Source: Candidatus Aldehydirespirator sp.
GTDB lineage: Bacteria > Actinomycetota > Acidimicrobiia > Acidimicrobiales > Aldehydirespiratoraceae
Direction: 5' to 3'
DNA: 64,000 bases
NCBI GenBank assembly: GCA_965248735.1
Contig: OZ252146.1
Coordinates: forward strand, 2,276,154 to 2,340,153
Below, in pieces: positions 30,461-37,826 of this stretch (position 1 is its first letter; each line of letters starts with the position of its first letter). The notes beneath the pieces were generated by a model. The model was given only the letters and a program-made list of their open reading frames with translations. It was not told where the DNA came from and did not search any database. A program made the translations under genes and the position numbers.

Positions 30461-31204
30461 ATGAGCGCACTTGAGAGCCGGGAAGTCAGTTCGGATGCGA
30501 GCGAGAGTCCGCCGTTCACAGAGTTCCCGGAGACACGCGAGCCCCCGCATCTGGAGATACCGCAGCGACACTGGCTTGGCTCTGACAGCGGCTATAGGGA
30601 CCGACCCCTGAGGGAGTTCCGCGAGCGGTGCCCAGATGAGTACATCGAGCCGTGGGCATCATCGGTGCGAGGAGAGGAGTTTCCTCGCCCGGAGCGCTTC
30701 ACGGACACCGTCAACCCGAAGTTCGGTGAGTCGCCGTCCTACGAAGTCAACTGCAGCGATTGTGCCCGGGCCGTGGAGAGGACGTGGCGAGGCAATCATG
30801 AGACTGCCGCTGGCCGCAGCATCGTGACCGGCTCCGACGGTGTGCCGGAATGCAAGGGGGAGCCTCCCGAGCAAATGGAGGAGTGGGCCGGGGAGCCCTT
30901 CACCTCCGTCGAGGTGGCCGATATCGGCGAGCGAGTCGAGGCAGCCGGGCCCGGGGCCAGCGCCATCGCAATCTCAAAGTTCGAGTATCCCGACAGAGTC
31001 ACCGGTGTCCACGCCTACAACGTGGTGAACGATGGGGGCGAGGTAAAGGTAATAGACGGCCAAAGCGGCGAAGTGCTCCCTTGGAGCGATGAGACAGGGC
31101 ATCCATTCCTGCACGACGTCTCGGATCCACGGCAATCCGGCCTCCGGGGCAGAGGAAGGTCGCTCGCGATGGGCTGGGATGCGGAGGGGCGGTCACTGTG
31201 GTAG
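30461..31204 (+). CDS. Papain-fold toxin-domain protein (glutamine-deamidase-type 'Tox-PL/Gln_amidase'-like C-terminal domain)
   Basis: 'VNPKFGESPSYEVNCSDCARAVERTWRGN' is the catalytic-Cys context NCxxCA. 'GVHAYNVVNDGGEVKVIDGQSGEV' is the catalytic-His strand followed by the DGQ motif. Pattern recalled from polymorphic-toxin papain-fold domains. Confidence 0.55.
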   Translation: MSALESREVSSDASESPPFTEFPETREPPHLEIPQRHWLGSDSGYRDRPLREFRERCPDEYIEPWASSVRGEEFPRPERFTDTVNPKFGESPSYEVNCSDCARAVERTWRGNHETAAGRSIVTGSDGVPECKGEPPEQMEEWAGEPFTSVEVADIGERVEAAGPGASAIAISKFEYPDRVTGVHAYNVVNDGGEVKVIDGQSGEVLPWSDETGHPFLHDVSDPRQSGLRGRGRSLAMGWDAEGRSLW

Positions 31205-31455
31205 GTGAGATGTCGGAGATGCAGGCCCGCAGGGTGCTCTCCCAAGCCGGCTCGCCCGCCGCAGACCCGGCGAGGTACCGCGCGCGCCGCATCAGCGGAG
31301 GCTGGTCGTTCGACTGGCGAGAAGATGCGGGACCGCCGCTGATCGGCACAATCGGGTGGGTGGTCGCCGACAACGGACGATGCCGGGGCCAACGGCTGGG
31401 GATGAGGGCGGACCAAGTCGTGCAGGCATTGATGGATACCGATTCGCCAGACTGA
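31198..31455 (+). CDS. Putative cognate immunity protein
   Basis: 85-aa ORF overlapping the toxin stop by 7 nt. 'RARRISGGWSFDWRED...IGWVVADNGRC' resembles small immunity proteins with a GW-F...vV..nG pattern. The call rests on position. Confidence 0.4.
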   Translation: MVGEMSEMQARRVLSQAGSPAADPARYRARRISGGWSFDWREDAGPPLIGTIGWVVADNGRCRGQRLGMRADQVVQALMDTDSPD

Positions 31456-31506
31456 CGACGGCGACAGATCCGCCAGCTGAACGACTGCCGACCAGAGCCT
31501 GTCTGT

Positions 31507-32121
31507 TCACCGCCTGCGTACCAAGCCGCTCGCCATGCCGGCGATCGCGTCAGGCAGATCGTCCTGGGTTGCCGCGCTTCTGGGCGCTTCGCGGCTCTCG
31601 GTTGATATCTCAGCCAAGCTCTCAGCGCTGGCGTCGCCCAACCCGCACGTGAGAATCCTGATGTTCTTCTCCTGCAGCTCTGCCGCACGAACTCGGGCGC
31701 GGTGCGGATCGCCCAGGTCTCCATCACCGAAGATGGCCACCACCAGATCACCCGACCGCCCGTCCAGCATCTGCTCCGCCAGGTCCAGGGTGGGCACGAT
31801 GTCGTTTCCGCCTCCTGCATCAGCACGGCGCAGGAATCGCTCAAGCTTTCGTGCACCGCGCCGAAAGTCGGTCAAGTCAACGATTCCGTGATGCCAGAGG
31901 ATGATGCCGACCTCATAGTGGGCGTCGAGTGCCTCAGCGACGAAACGCTCCGATCCCCGAACGGCCTGCTCCAAGCGCGTTCCGTACATCGAGCCGCTTA
32001 CATCCAGGCACAGCACCACCGAGCCGCCGAAGCGGTCCTGGAGGGCTCGCAGTGCCTGGCCGGTCGGATACTGAGTCAGTCCGGCGGCGGTGAACTCTCG
32101 TCGGATCCAGGTGGTTGCCAT
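31507..32121 (-). CDS. von Willebrand factor A (vWA) domain protein
   Basis: MIDAS 'LCLDVSGSM' (DxSxS), '...GGGNDI' and 'VAIFGDGD'. 204 aa. Start is 4 nt after the stop of the upstream Hsp70 gene. Confidence 0.8.
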   Translation of the reverse strand: MATTWIRREFTAAGLTQYPTGQALRALQDRFGGSVVLCLDVSGSMYGTRLEQAVRGSERFVAEALDAHYEVGIILWHHGIVDLTDFRRGARKLERFLRRADAGGGNDIVPTLDLAEQMLDGRSGDLVVAIFGDGDLGDPHRARVRAAELQEKNIRILTCGLGDASAESLAEISTESREAPRSAATQDDLPDAIAGMASGLVRRR

Positions 32122-32125
32122 CCGG

Positions 32126-33715
32126 CTACCCTCCTCTCGTCAAGCGCGAGACCGCCTGTTGTTGTTGCTGTGCGGCCGCTGAGTCCACGACCCCGTCCAT
32201 GTACGACTCGATGGTGAGTTGTCGGCCACTGGTCGGCTCGGTCGCGGTGCAGGAGATCCGGCCGTCGGTCGAGACTGAGACAGACACCTCGACCGGTGAA
32301 CCCGCCTTGAGATCGGGAAGGTCCGTGAGTTGCCCGTCGAGCACCCGCCGGTTGTTCACCACCTCTTCAGAGGGGCGCGACCCGGCCTGCTCGTAGAGCT
32401 GTACGCGGATCTCCCTTTGGTTGTCCAGGATTGTGGCGTAGGTGGCGCTCTTGCTGACCACCGGCAGCGGAGTGTTGGGCTCGAGCAGATGGTGAACGAA
32501 CTGCCGGGTGCCGCTGGAGTCGTGACTGTCGTGCAGCAGGATGCCGAGAGCGCGGGGGAGCACGCCGGCTGAGGGCCTCAAAGCGAGCCCGCGACTCGAC
32601 TTCGACGAACGTTCGCCCGTGCCCGAGGCCAGAAACCGCTGGGGGTTGCGGGCTCTATTCAGCGCCGCGGCGTGCAGCGCAGCGCCTTTCGCTACCGCGA
32701 GGTCGGGGTCGTTTAGGTGAACCCGCACATCGAACTGGCGGTTGAGTGCCGCGGCGATCATCGGCATGTGTGTCGATCCGCCGACGAGAATGATCTCGGT
32801 CAGCGATGAGCGACTCTTGTTCCTAGCTTCCTCAATGGTGCGTTCGACCACTTCCATTGTGGCCGTCACCAAGTCGCGGCATAGCGCCTCGAAGTCGTCG
32901 CGTCGAACGTGCACCGTGAGGCGGTTGCCGGGCAAGTAGAGCGTGACGGTGGTGGCCTCTCGGGTGCTGAGCTGACGCTTGGCTCGCTCGACCGAGTTGG
33001 CGACTTGCAGCATCAGGTCGTCGTCGTCAGCCAGGTCGGGGTCGCCCACGATTCCCGCGGCGCGTTCGATGATGAAACCGCCGAGTCGCTCGTCCCAGTC
33101 GAGTCCGCCCATCTGGCTCAGACCGTCTGTGATCAGCACGCTGGGTCCGTGCTCGGTGAGCTCCAGCACCGTCGTGTCGAAAGTACCGCCGCCGAGATCG
33201 TAAACCAGCACGAGCCCCGACGCTCCGGTGTCGACACCGTATGAGATCGCCGCCGCGACGGGCTCGTCCACCAGTTCCATGAGGCTCAATACGGCGATAC
33301 CAGCCGCTAGGGCAGTCGCCTCTCTCTCGCGAGAGCCGAAGTAGGCCGGAACGGTTATCACCGCAGCCAGATCCTCCGAGCTGAGACCCAAGGCGAGGGC
33401 CGCGCTGCGTGCAAGCCCGTCGAGGATTATCGCCGAGATGCCCTCGGGCGTGAATGAGGCCGATCCGAACCTCCTCGTGATGTCGGTGCCCATCTGACGC
33501 TTGATCGCGGTGACGACACTGTCCGGTTCTATGATGCCGAGATCCTTGGCGTCGGCGCCGACAATGGGTTGCCCCTCATCGGGAAAGTAGACAACCGAAG
33601 GCGTCAGCTTCTCGCTGTCTTCGTTCAGTACGGGCACGGCCTCCCCGGCCTCATTGACAGCAGCTACCACTGAGTACGTGGTGCCCAGATCGATTCCGAT
33701 GGGACGTGGTGGCAC
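32126..33715 (-). CDS. Hsp70-family ATPase (copy 1), lacking the C-terminal helical lid
   Basis: 'IGIDLGTTYSVVA', 'VITVPAYFG', 'VYDLGGGTFDTTVLE' and 'IILVGGSTHMPMI' are actin-fold Hsp70 phosphate and adenosine motifs. 529 aa versus about 620 for DnaK. Confidence 0.85.
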   Translation of the reverse strand: MPPRPIGIDLGTTYSVVAAVNEAGEAVPVLNEDSEKLTPSVVYFPDEGQPIVGADAKDLGIIEPDSVVTAIKRQMGTDITRRFGSASFTPEGISAIILDGLARSAALALGLSSEDLAAVITVPAYFGSREREATALAAGIAVLSLMELVDEPVAAAISYGVDTGASGLVLVYDLGGGTFDTTVLELTEHGPSVLITDGLSQMGGLDWDERLGGFIIERAAGIVGDPDLADDDDLMLQVANSVERAKRQLSTREATTVTLYLPGNRLTVHVRRDDFEALCRDLVTATMEVVERTIEEARNKSRSSLTEIILVGGSTHMPMIAAALNRQFDVRVHLNDPDLAVAKGAALHAAALNRARNPQRFLASGTGERSSKSSRGLALRPSAGVLPRALGILLHDSHDSSGTRQFVHHLLEPNTPLPVVSKSATYATILDNQREIRVQLYEQAGSRPSEEVVNNRRVLDGQLTDLPDLKAGSPVEVSVSVSTDGRISCTATEPTSGRQLTIESYMDGVVDSAAAQQQQQAVSRLTRGG

Positions 33716-33741
33716 AGTTTTCTCCTACCTGTTTCTCCTAC

Positions 33742-36540
33742 CTACGGATGGGGGCTATTCGCGGTTGTCCCCGTGGCGGAGGCACGTGACAGAAGGTCTT
33801 CGAGAGCGTCGGATGGGAGACGTCCGGCTTGGGCCGCTTGAGCGAGTTGGCATCTCACCAGCCGGAAGGCCGGGTCCGCGCCCAGCAGCGGTTCGAGCCG
33901 CTCGACCTCTGACCGGGCCCAGCGACCGACGTCGCCGAAAGACTCCCGCCAACCGCGGCCCGCCAGAGCCGGCGGGCCGACGCGGGGCGCCGCCTCGTTC
34001 AGGAAACCGGCCGGCACCCGTACCCTGCACCCCCGCCCGCATGATCGGCACTTGGGGCTTGCGGTGAGACCGGCAACGTCGATGGTTCCTTGGCACGCCG
34101 GTTCTTTGTGCACCCACACCTCATAGGAGCGGTGCAACATCTGGTCGAATGCACGCCGGCTGGCGATGCTGCCCTCGGCGCGCTCTCGCACGAGCACGCG
34201 GCGCAAACCGACCCACGCCAGGCACTCCGGGGGGGTGCTCGTGTTCGGTCGGCTGGCCAGCAGTTGCATGTAGGTGTGGCGGCGCAGTGCGTCGCCGTCT
34301 CCGCTGCCTGCTCGAAGACCCACCAAGAACAGGGCCATGTGGGGCGCCGCGTCGGCCGCAGCGGCCCAGGCTCGGTAGTGGCCTTCGGCTTTGGCAACGG
34401 TGTCGGGCGAACAGCATGGCCACGAAGCCGCTTCCCCTGCGGGCGGGCGTGCCGAGTGGGACCCGTGTTCCTTGGCTGGCTCGACCTGGATGGTCTGTGG
34501 GTGTGGCTCATCCCTCGTCGACATGATTGCCTGTCCGCGCCGCAAGGTTCCGAGCAGGCTGGAACTGTCGTCGTCGAGGCCGATCGCCGCGGCAACTTCG
34601 GCCTGGTCGCCCGGGTGCACAACGCGATGAACCAGCTTGAGGTTCGTGTTGCGCAGGACGTCCGAGGAGACTTTGCCCGGGCTCTGGTCCACGACTATCA
34701 CCTGCTGGCCGAAGCTGCGAACCTCTGCCAGCATTGCCGAGAGCAGCTCTGTCGACACCCGTGACGCGCTGCCGTGCTCGTCGTCGGGAGACGACTCTGG
34801 AATGTGGGGGATGACCCTGTGTGCTTCCTCCAGCACGAGCAGATGGCCGACCGGCTGCGTGGTGGGCTGGCAGCGGGCGCGGTTCCAGGCTGCGAGGACA
34901 AGGACGAGGACAATGAAGGAGCGTTCCTCATCGTCTGGGATGTCGGCGAGGGTGACCATGGTGGGCGCGTGGAACAGCGACTGCACCATGGTTGAGTCGG
35001 TCCAAGTGAACCGGTGGGCGCGAACCGGCGAAAGCAGGACGTTCAGGCGCGTCATCAGGGCGGCGAGGATGTTGGTGCGGGCTTCCGCCGCGTAGCCGAG
35101 GGAATCGACGAGCGGCCCGAGCGCGTCGCGCAGGTCGTGCAGATCGCTGCCCGCGGGGCCCCCAGGCTGCACCGACAGGGAGTCGAACAAGTGGGTCACG
35201 ACGTACGGTGTGGGGCTGGGCATGGTGAACGCGCCCCGAAAGGCTTGCGCCACCCGAGCGACGTGGGCACGCGCGTCGGTGCCGGGCCAGGTCTCGAGCA
35301 AGTTCAATCGCAGCTCGCGGCCGCTCGCCACTGTGACGCCTCCCTCGAACAGCGCCGCGGCCTCGGAGTACTCGTCCTTGACCGGGTCGATCACGAGGAA
35401 GGGGATGCGATGCTTGTTCCACGCCTCCGACAGCACACGGTGCAGCGAGGTCGTCTTGCCGGAGCCGGTGGTCCCGGTGAAGAAGGCGTGCCCCTCCAGG
35501 TCGCCGACCCCGATTGAGGCCGAAGTGGGCTGACCCCAGTACCGGCCGAGAGTGATCGTGCGGCTGTCGGTGGATGGTCGGCGCCCTGACGGGGGCGGAA
35601 GTCGGACCCCGAGCCCAGGGATTCCAGCGCGCGGCGCCTCGAAGAGGGCGCCGACGTCGCGGCTGGTCAGCACCGATCGCGGAGGCGGTGCCCCTTGGCC
35701 GGTGCATTCCAGCGATGAGGTTGCGAACGTGCGTCCCGCGTCGGGCGGAATGGCGGAGCGCAGGGCACCGACGACGCTCCGAATCACGGCTGCATGGTTG
35801 CCCGCCACCCAGGTGTCGACGGTCCATAGGCCGTCGGCACGGCCTCGCACCGCGTGGGAGTGGAGTATCTCGATCCACGACTGCGCCCGACTCCACAACG
35901 GGGAGACCACAGTCGCTGTCTCGATGCCGGTGACGGCGCGGCTCACCGTGACTCTCGCGGCCGCGGCGTCGGCGAGTTTGAGCAGCGTCTCTGCGAACTC
36001 GTCGACCGCCTGGACGCTCACGCCGTCGAGTCGCCAGTGAACCAGCCAGTCCCCGTCGAGCCCTGCGAGCTGGTCGAGCGCGGTGGCAGGCCGAGCATCG
36101 GCAGGGCCGGAGTCTCGCAGCTCCCCCTGCAGCCGGTGGGTCAGGCCGAGCGCCTCCCAGTCGGCGCAAGGCGGCCTCTCCAGCGCGAGGTCACAGGAGG
36201 GAGCGAGCAGGGATCGTGCCCGGTGCCGCGACCGTTCGTCGTCGAAACCAAGAAAGAGCTGGCTACCGGTCGTGTCCGCATGGTGAAGTAGGACCTCGAC
36301 ACTGGTCCTCGCGCCCGTCTGGGGGATGAGCATCTGCTCTAGAGGAGACGGGACAAGGGGATCACGCACGGGAAGCGCCGCGATCCGGAGCCAATGTCTG
36401 GAGCGCATAGGCGGTCGAGGGCTGCATAGCCCACTCTTGAACTGGCCGTAGCTGAGGTCGAGGAGCAGTTGTTCCGGCGGTGAGTCTCCGACCCGCTCCG
36501 GAAGGCCATAGAGTTCGGCGACCGGTGCTTCCGCCATCAC
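33742..36540 (-). CDS. HerA/FtsK/VirB4-like P-loop ATPase (DUF87-type), 932 aa, with C-terminal Cys-cluster region
   Basis: Walker A 'FFTGTTGSGKTTSLH', Walker B 'HLLVLEEAHRVIP', 'VIVVDQSPGKV', 'LRRGQAIMST'. C-terminal 'SPKCRSCGRGCRVRVP'. Confidence 0.7.
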   Translation of the reverse strand: MMAEAPVAELYGLPERVGDSPPEQLLLDLSYGQFKSGLCSPRPPMRSRHWLRIAALPVRDPLVPSPLEQMLIPQTGARTSVEVLLHHADTTGSQLFLGFDDERSRHRARSLLAPSCDLALERPPCADWEALGLTHRLQGELRDSGPADARPATALDQLAGLDGDWLVHWRLDGVSVQAVDEFAETLLKLADAAAARVTVSRAVTGIETATVVSPLWSRAQSWIEILHSHAVRGRADGLWTVDTWVAGNHAAVIRSVVGALRSAIPPDAGRTFATSSLECTGQGAPPPRSVLTSRDVGALFEAPRAGIPGLGVRLPPPSGRRPSTDSRTITLGRYWGQPTSASIGVGDLEGHAFFTGTTGSGKTTSLHRVLSEAWNKHRIPFLVIDPVKDEYSEAAALFEGGVTVASGRELRLNLLETWPGTDARAHVARVAQAFRGAFTMPSPTPYVVTHLFDSLSVQPGGPAGSDLHDLRDALGPLVDSLGYAAEARTNILAALMTRLNVLLSPVRAHRFTWTDSTMVQSLFHAPTMVTLADIPDDEERSFIVLVLVLAAWNRARCQPTTQPVGHLLVLEEAHRVIPHIPESSPDDEHGSASRVSTELLSAMLAEVRSFGQQVIVVDQSPGKVSSDVLRNTNLKLVHRVVHPGDQAEVAAAIGLDDDSSSLLGTLRRGQAIMSTRDEPHPQTIQVEPAKEHGSHSARPPAGEAASWPCCSPDTVAKAEGHYRAWAAAADAAPHMALFLVGLRAGSGDGDALRRHTYMQLLASRPNTSTPPECLAWVGLRRVLVRERAEGSIASRRAFDQMLHRSYEVWVHKEPACQGTIDVAGLTASPKCRSCGRGCRVRVPAGFLNEAAPRVGPPALAGRGWRESFGDVGRWARSEVERLEPLLGADPAFRLVRCQLAQAAQAGRLPSDALEDLLSRASATGTTANSPHP

Positions 36541-36746
36541 GCTTGGAGCCGCGCTATCAGGGGCATTGTCCCATCAATCCCTGCACTACTTCCGCGGCTG
36601 GGATCTCCTACTGACTTGAATGTCTCGCAACCCCACGAGTCAATCCGACCGGAAGACTCACCCTTCAAGATGACGCGGTCTGCGGCATGAGTCGTCTCTG
36701 AGAGTTCAGCGCCAGCATGTTCCACAAGTACGGGCGTATCGCTCAT
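36537..36746 (-). CDS. Small hypothetical protein (69 aa), translationally coupled on both sides
   Basis: 4-nt overlaps with both the upstream and downstream genes. No recognisable domain. Confidence 0.4.
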   Translation of the reverse strand: MSDTPVLVEHAGAELSETTHAADRVILKGESSGRIDSWGCETFKSVGDPSRGSSAGIDGTMPLIARLQA

Positions 36747-37702
36747 AGGACTATCGATAGTAGAAGAAACACCATCAGGACCACAGCGATGACATACAGA
36801 AGCGTCACACCCTTGGATGTTCGGGCCGCGGCAGGGATATAGGGCCTTATGATTGTGCCGGAATCAACATGCGTGACCGTTGTTACGTTGAGCACGTTGG
36901 TGTGCCGCGAAAGGCGTCCATGGACCGTAACCCGGTCTCCGACACTGATAGATCCGCCTCGTAACTCGCCACGCAACGCGCAATGCCGGGTTGTGCCGTC
37001 GTCGACCTGGAGGCGAAACGGAGTGATGGGTATGTGCAAGGGGTCGAGACGTTGCCCGGAGCGCCGGCCGGAATGCAACGACATCATCGCCATCGGTCGG
37101 GAGAACAAGAACATGAGCAGGAAGCCGAGGGCGCGGATCGGTGCCAGCAGGCATCCTCTGGCAGCACCCCGCGCCAGGCTCTCCGCGCGGCGGTCGACGG
37201 TTTCGATCTGCTGCGGCAGGATCTCCGTGACGCGGCCGGAGACTGTAGTGCCCGGCATCAGGCCTGAACTGTCGGCAGTTGTGGAGGCCGAGTCGGCCGG
37301 GCTGCCCGACGTGGTGTGGGTGCCGTCGCCAGTGGCGCGCCGACGGGGCGGGTCACTCCCGCTCCCTGCCGTCGAGGCTGAAGTCGGGGAACGCGGAGCA
37401 TCGCTGGGGCTGGCAGGTGGCACGGAGCCAGGATCGGTGGATGCGGAATCGGTCATGTTCGCACGCCGATGGCCGCCGTCGCCTCGCGCCCGCCCGTCGG
37501 AATCAGCCTGCCCGGGCGAGCGCCAGTGGCACACTCCGCAGCGTTGAGGAACCCGCGAGTCCAGTGTGCGCCCACATCGAGGGCAAGTCTCAAAGATCAA
37601 GACCGTGCTCCTATGCGTCCCAGGGGAAGGGGACAGACCGTGCGATGGAGTTCTGCACGTCCAGGATGCGGCCCCACCAGTCATCCAAGAGGTCAGGACC
37701 AT
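36743..37702 (-). CDS. Zinc-ribbon / S-P-T-rich / two-TM protein with an OB-like beta domain (start uncertain)
   Basis: 'CPRCGRTLDSRVPQRCGVCHW' zinc ribbon, a low-complexity S/P/T/D linker, TM 'LLAPIRALGFLLMFLF', a beta-rich 'FRLQVDDGTTRHCALRGELRGGSISVGDRVTVHGRL', and C-terminal TM 'VTLLYVIAVVLMVFLLLSIVL'. A TTG at 37600 would avoid overlap with the 71-aa ORF. Confidence 0.55.
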   Translation of the reverse strand: MVLTSWMTGGAASWTCRTPSHGLSPSPGTHRSTVLIFETCPRCGRTLDSRVPQRCGVCHWRSPGQADSDGRARGDGGHRRANMTDSASTDPGSVPPASPSDAPRSPTSASTAGSGSDPPRRRATGDGTHTTSGSPADSASTTADSSGLMPGTTVSGRVTEILPQQIETVDRRAESLARGAARGCLLAPIRALGFLLMFLFSRPMAMMSLHSGRRSGQRLDPLHIPITPFRLQVDDGTTRHCALRGELRGGSISVGDRVTVHGRLSRHTNVLNVTTVTHVDSGTIIRPYIPAAARTSKGVTLLYVIAVVLMVFLLLSIVL

Positions 37703-37826
37703 TGCTGTCCGACGTCCACCACACGATGAGAGCGACCGTCAGCACAATGACGAACCCGACGTGTAGCGCGCTCCAACAACGACGGAGCACCTTGTAGAGG
37801 GGCGGAGGCGGAGGGTCCGGGTTCAT
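37611..37826 (-). CDS. Small single-TM protein (71 aa)
   Basis: 'MNPDPPPPP...' followed by TM 'ALHVGFVIVLTVALIVWW'. ATGA overlap with the stop of the upstream GTPase gene. Confidence 0.45.
   Translation of the reverse strand: MNPDPPPPPLYKVLRRCWSALHVGFVIVLTVALIVWWTSDSNGPDLLDDWWGRILDVQNSIARSVPFPWDA

Noticed and set aside
33755-36169. Several 100-413-aa alternate-frame ORFs inside the HerA-like ATPase gene
   Set aside because: They overlap a 932-aa ORF that has Walker A/B motifs and coding-like composition. The alternates are Arg/Pro-rich artefacts.
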